Below, piece by piece: positions 35,454 through 56,276 of a DNA stretch of 64,000 nucleotides; positions within the stretch are counted from its first letter, which is position 1, and every line of letters begins with the position of its first letter. The stretch comes from the human T2T-CHM13v2.0 reference genome, Homo sapiens. The stretch is taken from NCBI RefSeq assembly GCF_009914755.1, contig NC_060938.1, one strand, 5' to 3'. Made by a program: the position numbers and the translations under genes. The notes beneath the pieces were generated by a model. That model saw only the letters and a list, made by a program, of their open reading frames with translations, was not told where the DNA came from and ran no database searches.

Positions 35454-36095
35454 AGGAATGGAAGAGATTAGAAAAGATGTGAACAAACCTTATAGAGCTT
35501 CCAGGAAAGGAAGAAAGGTAAAAACATTGAGATTTGGAATGTTGAGTAATGGGATAGTATAAACAGTATAGCAGTATAGAGATGTCACTAATGTTTTAGA
35601 AACTGAAATAATAGATTAATGCATGGTAATTACCTTGCCAGAACTGAAAAGTGGTGGTAGTGATGCTGGAGGAAGCAGATTGCTGCTGCAGAACTGCAGC
35701 AAGGCCTAGGAGGTGGAGGCACCAGGTATCTTCAGAGGCCCAGGTGTGGTGTGGTTGGCCCTAAGCTGATGGGCTGACTGAAAGTCTCCAGGAATTCTTC
35801 CTGTCTCTAGATTATGCTTCATTCCAGCAGTCCAGGAATTAGACTTTCCCTAGCCTAGCACAAGACAAGTTTACTTTTGGTAGAGTTTGAACCAGAGCTG
35901 TACCCTAGACTTGAAATGGGGAGGACGGGTGGAAACTATCTGGACGTGGTGGGGGAGACGTATCTATGAAGTGAAAGTTTGTATATTGAATGGTCATTCC
36001 AGAATTCTTAATAGCCTGGCTTATACTCTCCAGCAAATTAGAAGGTTCTTCTTTGGGAGAAAACTGGCCCAGATGCTAACAATTGAGTGTTACCC

Positions 36096-38337
36096 TGTAT
36101 TCCAGTTATTACCGCCTAACAACTGTTGCTGTTACTATTGTCTTTAAACAACAACAATCGTTTTATTATCTCACACTTTCTGGTGATGAGGATTTAGGAA
36201 GACATCAGTTGGGCAGCTCTGGCTTGGGTTTCTCTGACTTAAGTTGTGTTCACATGGTGGCTGGAGCTGAACAGTAGGGTGCTGAAGTGGCCTTGGCTGG
36301 CCAGACAGCTTTCTTCCTGGTGTCTCAGCATGGGCTGATTTGTGCTCCTCACAACATTATGGCCTCTGACTGCTTACAAGAAAGTGCAGGCTTCCAAAGC
36401 AAGTATCGCAAGAAAACTGACTATTAACTGATTCACTTTTCATGACCCAGCCTCGGAAGTCACATAGGCTCCTTTCCGATGTAGTCACAAGTCTAGTCAG
36501 CTTCAAGGGCAGGGAACATAGATTCCATCTCTTGGTAGGAGTACAGAAGTGGAATTGCAGTCAGAGTGTAAGGGGTCCCTGTGGGATGACATGAGAAACA
36601 TTCTGTGACCACCTTTGGAAAACACAATCTACCACATTTTCTCATTTGGTCACAATAATTCACATTCCTCCTTCTTGTCACTTGTGCTCACACCCTCTCC
36701 CATCACATCGCTCCCCCTTCCTGCTATGGCATTAACTTCAAGTTCAGCATCTTGTCACCTGAATCAAGCCCAGTTGTGGCCACCCAAAGCTCCTCAGGTG
36801 TGGTTCCTCTAGAGCTGAACTCATGTGACGTCAAGAGAAGGAATCTGTTGCTTCCTCTGACTTAAAATGGCAGGACAAGCTTAGGATAATTGCTGTAGAC
36901 ACATCTGCCCAGAAAAGAGGAAACAGGAGGCACAGTAGTTTCTCATCCATTGCCATTCTGAAATTCAGCAGGGCACACGTTACCAATTCCTTGATTTGGT
37001 CTCAGTTCTGGTGCCTGGGAATGATTGTTTCAGGCTCTGGTTTCTGCTGAGAATTTTGTTTTGTCTTCTGAGTTACCCTTTTCCCTAAGAAATGGCTGAT
37101 TTTTATAGCTGAGTAGTTTTCTTAGCCTTTGTGCTTTCGGTAGTTTTGGAGGAACAAAAAAACCTTCCCCTCATTTTGTACCGTTTTTGTCTCTTTCAGT
37201 CCAAACTGGTATAATTCCTTTGAAAATTTTGTGGGCTCTCTCTGTGTCAATTTGTAACCTACTACATTAGACAGGAACCACACTTAGCCTGTTTGTGGTA
37301 GGTCCTTCATTTCCTTGGGCTCCTTGTGTGTCACCAGCCTTAGTATTCTTAGAAGCCCTGTTGTTTGATGGAGAGGATCTTAAAATCCTTAGAAGGCTCT
37401 TGGTCTCTTGGAAAGGACAGTGCAGAACCTTCTTAGATCTTTTTGAGGTTTTAAGAAAGTATTACAGTCACAGTCTGGGTTTGTTCTTTACCACTGAGAA
37501 TTTTGAGAATTGTTTCTTTTTTTAAAATTCTGCCTGGAAATATCCTTAGGTAGATCATGGAGTTTATTAGGTGCATTTCCTGTTTTCCACATTTCTAAAG
37601 GCCACATTTTCCACTACTTAGACAACAGGGGACCCTTTTCCTGTAATGTACAATAGTAGTTTTCATAGTTTCTATTAAGCTTTTCCTGATAGTTTCCTTG
37701 TTGAGGCCCTTCAGGCTTTTGCTGATAGCCTCTTAAAGGCCTTGCAATTTCCACCTGCCACCCAGCCCCAAAGCCAGTAGCACAGTTCTGGGTTTTTGTT
37801 GCAGCATCTCACTTCCAGGTGCCAAAATCTGTTCCTTAGTCTTGCTGCCTGAAAAATGACCCCCAAAAGTTAGTGACTTAAAATAATTCCGTGATTTCTG
37901 TAGGTCAGGAATTTAGGAAGAGCTTGATTGGGCAATTGTGGCTCAGGTTCTTGCTTTGGCTGCAGTCAGATGGTAGAGCTGAAGAGTAGTGCACAGGCAA
38001 GGCAGTGTGCACAGCTGGAGAGGGCCGAGCTGAGCCGCCTCCACAAGGTCTCTGTGTGAATTTGTTTGTGCTGCTTCTTCAGGGCACTCAGACTGCCCAC
38101 ATAGCTTTGTGTCCAAATGTATGTCCTGTGGGAGGATGAGCAGAATCTGTATTACCTTTTATGATGACTTAGTCTTGGAAGTTACATCACATCATTTCTG
38201 CTCTAGTCAACAACTTGCCTGGGGTTCTAGGGGAGGAAAACAGACCTCATATCTTAGTGTCAGTTGGCCACACTGTAAGAAGGTGATATGGGGTGGGAGA
38301 TAATGTGATCAGCTCTAGAAAAATGTAATCCACCATA
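36096..38337 (-). mobile_element. MLT1 (H-like) MaLR provirus: LTR 36096-36636, internal region 36637-37829, LTR 37830-38337
   Basis: Both LTRs end in related termini (TTTGGAAAACACAATCTACCACA / CTAGAAAAATGTAATCCACCATA) and share motifs (AGGA(A)TTTAGGAAGA, GGAAGT(C/T)ACAT); LTR/internal junction CCAGGTGCCAAAATC|TG matches the reverse complement of the MaLR internal start. Confidence 0.7.
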
Positions 38338-38369
38338 GCTCTTAGTGAAACAGTTACATCCCTGTCTGA

Positions 38370-41450
<3,081 letters not shown>

Positions 41451-41539
41451 AACTTAGGGAGCAATTTAGGGAATAAACTGAGAAAAAAAGTACACAGGGG
41501 CCTTAGGACCTAAGCAGCTAGTGTGATATCACTTGTGGA

Positions 41540-42900
<1,361 letters not shown>

Positions 42901-43274
42901 ATTCTGCAATTGTTATATATAAAGGGATAAACATTGAAGTTATTGGTCTCTTCCTTCTCATTGGTATTGTGGGTGTTCTTTACCAACTGAGTTAGGAACT
43001 GACTTGAGATATTTTAAACTTACGGGACTTGATTTAGAGCACTTACTCTTAGATGTTAAATATTTGGTTTGCTCTTTATTGAATAACTTAATTATCTTAT
43101 TACTAATAATTCCTGTATTAGACAATGAGACTTAGACTCATAATAGAATACAGGTATCTTAATGAGAATGTTCTCATTTAAAACACTAACTCCTAATTCA
43201 CTAGCAGCTAATAAAACTAACATTGTTGCACAGTACATTGTTGACTAGTTAGAAGAATTTGACAGTATGTTTGG

Positions 43275-43397
43275 TGCTGAGACCAGCTCGGTCGGGGAGA
43301 CCCTAACCCAGCGGCGCTAGAGGAATTAAAGACACACACACACAAATATAGAGGTGTGAAGTGGGAAATCAGGGGTCTCACAGCCTTCAGAGCTGAG
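43275..43397 (-). mobile_element. 3'-terminal fragment of a MER9 (HERV-K9/HML-3) LTR
   Basis: Reverse complement reads CTCAGCTCTGAAGGCTGTGAGACCCCTGATTTCCCACTTCACACCTCTATATTT..CTAGCGCCGCTGGGTTAGGGTCTCCCCGACCGAGCTGGTCTCAGCA, matching the remembered MER9 end. Confidence 0.85.
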
Positions 43398-43433
43398 TAT
43401 TGCTATTAATAAAGGGTGTAGAATTTGAAAATA

Positions 43434-43787
<354 letters not shown>

Positions 43788-44299
43788 TTATATTTATGTA
43801 TCTTATTTTTTGGCTTGTTGACCAGAAGTGAATTGATATGAATAAGCACACTTGCAAAATAAATGGGTTATTTATTTATTTATAGAGACAGGGTCTTGCT
43901 TTGTTTCCCAGGCTAGAGTACAGTGGCACCATCATAGCTCACTACTGCTGCTGGCAACTTCTGGGCTCAACGGGTCCTCCTGTCTTGACCTCCCAAAGTG
44001 CTGGGATTATAGGCATGAGCCGTCATGCCTGGCCCCCTAATTATTTAGATAGCCCTGTAGACCTGATTTCTTGTGGCTGAAGGTCTCTCAAATTAATTCT
44101 CAGTAGGCTTCATAAATAAAAGGGAACTTACACTGGAGGATCTTTATGCTGAATTGGCTTAGAATAAGTAGAAATTGCTAGGAATGTTTTATTTTTGTTT
44201 ATTTAATTTGCTAAATCTGCTTTAGATATGAGCCTTGTAACTGGATTTCTTAAAAGTGTCCTTATGATTGAATCTATTTGTGGTGTTTGGATTGATTAT

Positions 44300-44480
44300 T
44301 TTAAGTTCCTACTATGTACCAGACGTTTGCTACTTGTTTTAACTTGCTGTTTAATCTCTTTGAAGAAGGAACTGTTTCCTCCATTTTTATAGAAGAGAAA
44401 ATTGAAACTTAAAGAGATTAGAGAACTCTCCTTCAGTCTAGGCAGAGCTGGGATTCCATTTCAGGACTGTTATGCTACAC
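44300..44480 (-). mobile_element. MIR
   Basis: TACTATGTACCAG..CCATTTTTATAGAAGAGAAAATTGA..GGCAGAGCTGGGATT. Confidence 0.65.
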
Positions 44481-45064
44481 CAAATAAATGCTTGCTGCGT
44501 TAAAGAATGACTTAACAGTGAACACCTTAAGTCTTCATTGCCCAGTTACGTGAATGGAAGAAAGGCTGAGCAGTGAATTACAAACACTCTCTCCTCTAGT
44601 CTTCTGGCAGTGTTCCTTTACCTAATTCTGTGTCCTCAAACGCCCTGTTTTCTTTAGGTGATTATATTATTTGTTTCTTTTAAGCTTGCCTGTCTGCTTG
44701 TTCTTCTGAACAGTTCCCTTCAAATGTTACACCATCCACCCACATCTGTATTTCAGTATTTTATTGTGTCCTTTCATTGAGACTCTAATTTGGGTGAAAA
44801 TTCTCCAAACTACATTTCTTTTTAGCATATTCTATTTTTGTCACCTAGAATCAGCCTCCCAGCTGACTTTTTCCCATAGATACGTAACAACCACCTGCTT
44901 TAACATTTTCTATCTTCCACTTAACAAAAATATTACTGTTGATAAATAATGAATACTTAGCATGTATAACTGTGCAAATAAAATGGGAGGAATGTGTATC
45001 GGGAAGATTTGAGGGGAGTGTGGATAAAAAACTGTTTGAAAATACCAGCTGTTGAATTTTATAG

Positions 45065-45649
<585 letters not shown>

Positions 45650-45701
45650 ATAGTGTTATTCTTTAGTAGTTCCTAAAAGGCTTGTGTTAGATGTTTATAG
45701 C

Positions 45702-46487
<786 letters not shown>

Positions 46488-48003
46488 ATAGCCATCATGT
46501 AAAATACAGTTTCCATTTTGAGCCAGGCACTTGGGTAAAAATGAAGAGTAGGTAAAAGACAAGATGTAGTTCTAATTTGAGCTTGTCATTTAGTATTTGA
46601 GTAATGCCGCATAATGGCTGTGGGTTTCCGATGACACACACCTTTTCATGATGTGGGTGGCCTAGGGAGTAGTGTGTTTGTTGGAACCACAGTTCTCTGC
46701 AGAGGGAATATGATTAAGTCTGATCTTTGTAATTTAGAATTAATGAGGCCAGGCGCACTAGCTGACACCTGTAATACCAGCACTTTGAGAGGCGAAGATG
46801 GGGAGGATCACTTGAGCCTGAGTTTGAGACCAGCCTGGGCAAGATAGTGAGAACCTGTCTCTACAAGAAAATAAAGAAAAAAATTTTTAAAAAAAGAAAA
46901 AAAATATAGAATTGGTATCTTGGCCACACCTCTTTCCCTGTGGTTGAGTTTTTTTTTTTTTTTTTTTTCCTGTTCTTTTCCTTTTTTTTTGAGACAAGAT
47001 CTCTTCGTCACCTAGGCTGGAGTGCAGTGACATGATCAAGGCTTGCTGCAGTGTCAGTCTCCTGGGCTTAAAGGATCCTCCTGTCTCAGTCTCCCAAGTA
47101 GCTGGGACTGGAGGTAGGTGACACTAGCCTGGCTCACTTTAAAAACATTTTTTGTAGAGATAAGGTCTTGCCATGTTGCCCAGGGTGGTCTCAAACTCCT
47201 GGCCTCAAGCCATCCTCCCTCCTCAGCCTCCCAAAGTGCTGGGGTCTCTGGCATTCACCACCGCGGACAACCTTTTTTTTTTTTTTTTTTTTTTTTAAGC
47301 TAAATTTTGTTGAATATTTGGATAGGCAATACAGGCATATGGTACAAAATTAAAAGATGCAAAAGGGTTATGCACAAGAGAAGTACATTTCTTAGGCATT
47401 CCTGGCCTTCCATTTTCCCTTCCTGGAGGCAGTTTTCTGATTTATTTTCTACAAGGATTCTGTTTAAATACTGGAGAATATCTGACCTGTTGTACTTTAC
47501 TTTAGAATGGCAGGAAGCTGAATGACTCATGGGCATTTTTCCCTTTGTGAAGCTCATTGACATTCCTTCCTCTCAATACCTTAACTATGGCATGTTTTAT
47601 AATTTGCTTTTGTTTTTGCTTTATCACAGTATTTTCCTATGTTTTTTATAGTCTTAATTTTTAAGCACTGCTTTAGGTATCTATTAATAGTTCAGAAAGT
47701 TGCGAAGATTACAAGCTCATATTTGTGAAAGTGTCTGGCACATAATAGGTGATCAATAAATATTTCCTTCTAGCTTGTCTGTCCCCTATCTCCCACTGGT
47801 TGTATGTATGAAACAAAAAAATGAAGGAGAAGGCTGAGCATAGTGGCTCATACCTGTAATCCTAGCACTTTGGGAGGCTGAGGCGAGCGAATTGCCTGAG
47901 GTCAGGAGTTAAAGACCAGCCTGGCCAACATGGTGAAACCCCGTCTCTACTAAAAATACAAAAATTAGCCGGGTGTGGTCACAGGCGTCTGTAATCCCAG
48001 CTA

Positions 48004-48112
<109 letters not shown>

Positions 48113-48157
<45 letters not shown>
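48113..48157 (+). repeat. (CA)22 perfect microsatellite replacing an Alu tail
   Basis: Uninterrupted CA repeat. Confidence 0.97.
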
Positions 48158-48160
<3 letters not shown>

Positions 48161-49294
48161 AAATAAACCTATGAACCAACTAATGCAGTGGATTCCAAAA
48201 TTAAGATTAAGCTTGTGTAAGTTGTAATGTTTCTTGATGTACCCATTTATTTGAGTGGAAACAGATTCTTTTCATTCTTTGAAATCACTTTGCTGAGATT
48301 TTTTTATTTTTTTTATTTTTTTTTTGGAGACAGAGTCTCGCTGTGTCGCCCAGACTGGAGTGCAGTGGTGTGATCTAGGCTCACTGCAACCTCCACCTCC
48401 CGGGTTCAAGCGATTCTCCTGCCTCAGCCTCCTGAGTAGCTAGGATTATAGGCATGTGCCACCACACTCAGCTAATTTTTGTATTTCAGTAGAGGTAGGG
48501 TTTCACCATGTAGGCCAGGCTGGTCTCAAACTCCTGACCTCAAGCGATCCGCCTGCTCAGCCTCCCTAAGTATTGGGATTATAGGTGTGAGCCACGGTGT
48601 CCCGCCAAGCTGAGACATTTTTAAGAAAATGTTTCTGTTTTTTTGTTTATTTGTTTGTTTTGAGATGGAGTCTCACTCTGTCACCCAGGCTGGAGTGCAG
48701 TGGTGCCATCACTGCAACCTCTGCCTCCTGGGTTCAAGCAATTCTCCTGTTCCAGCCTCCTAGGTAACTGGGACTGCAGGCTTGCCACCATATACCTGGC
48801 TGATTTTTTGTATTTTTAGTAGAGATGGGGTTTTACCATGTTGGCCAGGCTGGTCTTGAACTTCTGACTCAAGCGATCTACCCACCTCAGCCTCCCAAAG
48901 TGCTGGGATTACTCCCACAGCACCTGCTCAGAAAAGGTTTCTTTTCTTTTCTTTTTTTTTTTGAGATCAGGTCTCACTCTGTCGCCCAGGGTGTAGTGCA
49001 GTCGCGCAATCTCAGCTCACTGCAACCTCCGCCTTCCAGGTTCAGGTGATTCTCTTGCCTCAGCCTCCCAAGCAGGTGGGATTTCAGGCATACACCACCA
49101 TGCATGGCTAATTTTTGTATTTTTAGTAGAGAGGGGTTTCACCATGTTGGCCAGGATGGTCGCGAACTCCTGACCTCATGTGATCCACCCGCATCAGCCT
49201 CCCAAAGTGCTGGGATTATAAGCGTGAATCACTGCACCTGGCTAGAAACATCTTCTAAAGCCTAATCTTTTTTTTTTTTCCTTATATAATTTAG

Positions 49295-49451
49295 GTTGAC
49301 TATGTAAACCCAAAACACATAGGGTAGAAACTCGTGAAAAATATTTTTGAGGATATCTTTGCAAAGTGTTGTGCCTCACGGTGCTGGATATGGATGTGTG
49401 CTTAGTGTCAGTGCATAGATTTAGGATTTCCCACCTGTATGTATGCTTTTG
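49295..49451 (+). other. Candidate non-coding exon (157 nt)
   Basis: Branch-like CTAAT (49262), poly-T tract, ttag|GTT acceptor; donor TTG|gtgagt; early stops in all three frames. Confidence 0.35.
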
Positions 49452-50128
49452 GTGAGTCCTTTTAGGCGATATGTCCTCATGTTCAAGGAGTAATGGCATA
49501 CTGGTTCATTTAAACCCATGTTTTAATCCTAATTTAAGACCGATTTACTTCTTCTTGGAGCTAATTTCTTAACTTTTCTGATGATGTTTTTGTTGCTTAA
49601 GTTAAGACTAATATAACACAGAAGTCTTACTCATCCTTTTTGATATTAGAGATTTTGGTTTATTAATCTAGTGGAATTTTAAATATCATTTTACATGTTT
49701 ACTCTCAAGATCTGATGATTGACTGACTGGGTGCAGTGGATCACACCTGTAATCTCAGCACTTTGGGAGGCCAAGGCGGGCAGATCACTTGAGGTCAGGA
49801 GTTCGAGACCAGCCTGGCTAACATGGTGAAACCCTGTCTGTAGTAAAAATACAAAAATTAGCCGGACTTGGTGGTGCGTGCCTGTAATCCCAGCTACTGG
49901 GGAGACAGAGGTGAGAGAATCACTTGAACCCCAGAGGCGGAGGTTGCAGTGAGCCTAGATCACTCCATTGCACTCCAGCCTGGGCGACAGAGTGAGACTC
50001 CGTCTCAAAAAAAAAAAAAAAAAAAAGAAGATTGAATTAAGGGCAAACTTGGAACAGGCCAGTTTCCCATTATATTGCCTCTCTGAAACAAGTGAAAGAG
50101 TTTTCTTTATGAGGGGTGTTCTTTTTAA

Positions 50129-50368
<240 letters not shown>

Positions 50369-50730
50369 TGAACCTCAGATGATCTACCCACCTCGGCTTC
50401 CGAAAGTGTTGGGGTTACAGGTGTGAGCCACTGTGCTGGGCCTTCTTTTTAAAAAAGGTTTTTCTGGCCAGGTGCGGTGGCTTTAATCCATATGTGTGAG
50501 ACCAGGCACGGTGGCTCATGCCTGTAATCCCAGCACTTTGGGAGGCAGATCACCTGAGGCATGAGAAGTGCTTGAACTAGGGAGGTAAGAAGTTGCAGTG
50601 AGCCAAGATCACACCATTGCACTCCAGGCTGGGTGAGAGTGAGACTCTGAAAAAAATAATAATAAAAATGGTTTTCTTACTTTTATGACTTGAATTATGG
50701 AAAGTTTTTAGAATGTGACTCTTTTCTCAG

Positions 50731-50821
50731 GAACAGGATGGCTACCTACCTACCCCCCATCCTTTTCCTGTATGCTATGGATTATCAGACCCCTCACTTG
50801 GGTTCCTCTTACATCACCAAG
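50731..50821 (+). other. Candidate exon (91 nt) containing a Kozak ATG
   Basis: cttttctcag|GAA acceptor; AGGATGG at 50735-50741 opens MATYLPPILFLYAMDYQTPHLGSSYITK up to donor AAG|gtgtgc (weak). Confidence 0.25.
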
Positions 50822-50834
50822 GTGTGCTTGTCAA

Positions 50835-51250
50835 TACCCAGAAACCAACACTGATACATTACTAAGTTCCACATTTTATTTAGATTCCAATAGTTTTCCC
50901 ATTAATGTCGATTTCTGTTCTAGAATCCAATCCAGGTTACTGTATGCATTGCATTTAATTATGATGTCTCCCCAGTTTGCTGTTTTTCACATGACTAGAC
51001 TAGGGTTATGAATTTGGGGAATTCATATGATTGGAGTGGTGGGAGGTGTAGTGCATGCTACTCCATGATTTATTGCTGGTAATGTTAATCGTGGCCAAGG
51101 TTGTTTCCCTACTGTATACACTCACCACCTTCCATACTTATTTTTTTGGAAACAAGTTAGTAAGTCCAACCTACACTCAAGTCGGGGAGATTTAAGCTCC
51201 ATCTCCTAGAGGGGAGTGGGGAATATTTACATAAATTATTTGAAATTCTC
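50835..51250 (-). mobile_element. L1MC/L1MD-like 3' fragment
   Basis: AACACTGATACATTACT..TTCTGTTCTAGAATCCAATCCAGG..TTACATAAATTATTTGAAATTCT. Confidence 0.65.
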
Positions 51251-52113
51251 CCACGAGGAAGCTGCTTTTTCTAGGAAAGGTCTTTGCCCGTTATTCTACC
51301 GACTTACTGGACTTTTTATTTGACTTTTTAAAAAGAAGCTCTTTAGATAAAATCTCCATAAATACTTAGATAAATTACTGCAATTTTATATTTGCATATG
51401 AACAAGTGGAGTTTTGTTGATGCAGGGTTGCATTGGCCTTCACTATCAAAACAAATGTCTCATCTGATCAGCATTTATAAATAGTGAGGTACCAGAATCA
51501 TTAAGGCTCATAAAGTCTTCCGTTTTTATTTTGGCTATTCTGGTGGTGGGTAACAATATTAACAACAATAAAAATTCATCTTATTTTACTGGAGATTCCT
51601 GCAAAGTGGCAGAATACCAGGACAAGGAACCAATTCTGGCACACATGTGTCAAACAAGAAAGCTCTGGGAATGTAATAATGTAATAAAGTGTGGTCGAGA
51701 GAGCTCTGGGCTGGAATAGGCATGGGGTCCTTGACACTATCACCTCTGCCAAGACACTTCATGTGTATGGTTTCCCCACCTTTAAGTAAACTCTATTTAT
51801 GAAGTTCTTTGTAGCTTTAATAGTTTCTAGAGTTGCTTGAATTTGGGGTGACTTCTTGCAAGGGTAATGTGAAGTAGTGTCACATGGACAGTAACGGAGA
51901 GGTATCTGCTGCTGCCATTTATATAATAAATCTGAATTTGGAGGCAGAGAAAGGAGGCAGAAAGTTTGGTAAGGACGTTATTGCAACCTGAATAAGCCAC
52001 TTAGGGCCTAGATCAGTGTTTGGGAATGTGGGAGAAGACAGCCATAGTCAAGAAGCGTGAAGTAGTTAATGTTGAGTTATTTTTAGGTGGTTTTTCTGTT
52101 CTTTTTACTCCAG

Positions 52114-52145
52114 ACACTGACTTTCGTAATAAGATAAATAATCTG
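52114..52145 (+). other. Candidate 32-nt mini-exon
   Basis: tttttctgttctttttactccag|ACA acceptor; CTG|gtgagt donor. Confidence 0.3.
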
Positions 52146-52547
52146 GTGAGTCGCATGCTCATGGTGTGCTGAGGCATTTAGCCAAGCAGCTTATGCATGT
52201 ATTATCTCATTTAATTCTGTCACTATGAGGTAGAGATTATCTTTAACCATTGGTTCCAAATGAGAAAGCCCTGTTTGAAATAATTTTTCCAGTGTATTTA
52301 AATTTTGTAGGTACACACCTAGAATTTCAAACTGATGGTCTGAGTTCTGAGCCCATCTGTTTAATTCATCCTAATGGGTTATCTTGTGGATATGCTGATT
52401 ATAGTAAAACAACTTTAAGAATGTGATATACATTATGAGTGATACTTGTGGTTTGAATGGGTTTTTTTAAACAACATGAAAATTTGAAGATATTTTGCAT
52501 AGATTTGCTTTTGGGTAAAACTTTTTTTTTTTTCATATCTTCTGTAA

Positions 52548-54228
<1,681 letters not shown>

Positions 54229-54340
54229 ATGAGTTGTTATAGACTGGGTGATTTTGTAGTAGGCAGCAGTTTGTTGTCATTTGCATGTTGTACTTCATGT
54301 ATGGTTTTCCCAAGTCATTAAATGTACATACTTCTGCAAC

Positions 54341-54890
<550 letters not shown>

Positions 54891-55129
54891 TCTGCAGCTT
54901 TTAATGTGTACAGTTTCCATGATATGATTGTACCAGATTATAAGATTATGTTGGACATTTGAGTTCTTTCCAATTTATTGCTGTTTTCAGCAGCACTTGA
55001 TGAATAACTTTGTAGATAAGTTTTTGCAAAGCTTTATGAATATTTTCTTTTGGGATAAATTGCTAGAGGCTCGGGTAAACATTGCCAAACTACCCTTCAG
55101 AAAGCCTGAACTTATTTACAGTACACTTA

Positions 55130-55499
55130 TGGTATGGTTTGGCTCTGTGTCCCCACGCAAATCTCATCTTGTAGCTCCTATAACTCCCACATATTGTAGG
55201 AGGGACCTGGTGGTAGATAATTGAATCATGAGGCCAGATCTTTCCTGTGCTTTTCTCTTGCTAGCAAATGAGTCTCATGAGATATCTAATAGTTTTAAAA
55301 AGGGGATTTTCCCTGCACAAGTGCTCCTCTCTGCCTGCTGCCATCCACGTAAGACTGAGTTGCTCCTCCTTGCCGTCCGCCATGACTGTGAGGCTTCCCC
55401 AGCTGCATGGAACTGTTAAATCCAGTTAAACCTCTTTGTTTTGTAAATTGCCCAGTCTCTGGTATGTCTTTATCAGCATTGTGAAAACAGACTAATGCA
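55130..55499 (+). mobile_element. THE1 (THE1B-like) MaLR solo LTR
   Basis: TGGTATGGTTTGGCTCTGTGTCCCCAC.CAAATCTCATCTTGTAGCTCC...GTGAAAACAGACTAATGCA; 370 bp; TSD ACTTA/ACTTC. Confidence 0.93.
55218..55228 (+). promoter_or_regulatory. DUX4-type binding motif in the THE1 LTR
   Basis: TAATTGAATCA fits TAAYBBAATCA; sequence match only. Confidence 0.5.
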
Positions 55500-55958
55500 A
55501 CTTCTCTCAACATTTCTAGTGGACAGGTTTTCTATGTTCCCTTCTAACATCCTGTTTTGCCAAACTTTTGCAAAGAATTTCATATTGTCTTTTTTCCTAA
55601 TTCAACCTTTTGTAAGGAACTCTTACAACATTGGTGTAAAGGTATGTCCTTAGCTGGTGGTACAGTAGTTAGAAGTTTTCTCTGGGTTATGGTGATATTG
55701 GGAGTAATTGTGTTATAGGATAATCTGGGCTCTCTGTATTTCATAAGATTGTGGTGCCTCACCATCAGTCAGACTGTAGCTTCAGGGCTTTTTTTTCTCT
55801 TGGATTGCTTGGTGGTGAAATATCAATACAGCCTTGCCCATTCTGATTAGTGTGTTACATTACTGATAGGGCAGTGTTAAGAGAAATAGGAGAAACCTGA
55901 GCCTAAAACATTTCACTGTGAAATTAATTGGTCTCTGAAGTGTTTTGTCTTTGTTTAG

Positions 55959-56106
55959 GTTTGACGATCGTATGTGGCGAAATTACATTGGTGGTAAATG
56001 ATAAGCTTGTTATATTGATAACATGGAAGAAAAGTGTTTCTGGTTTCTCTTAGAGAAAATCGATTCCCAGTCCAAGGCACCTGTGAGTCCAAGAGAATGA
56101 GAGAAG
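55959..56106 (+). other. Candidate exon (148 nt; alternative acceptor at 56054)
   Basis: tgttttgtctttgtttag|GTT acceptor, AAG|gtaaga donor; several retained CpGs; stops in all three frames; ends ATG AGA GAA G. Confidence 0.4.
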
Positions 56107-56276
56107 GTAAGATGTTATTAGTTAGAAACTGACTATACAATTCCAGTTTCTAGTGCAGAGTTGACTTCAGTAGCATTTGATTAGCATCTAACTTCCTTCT
56201 TGGGGGAATCAGAAAAGGGACATAGATTAGGCATTAGCTGAACTCAGATTACTGGAAAGTGATTGAGTCAGTTCTA

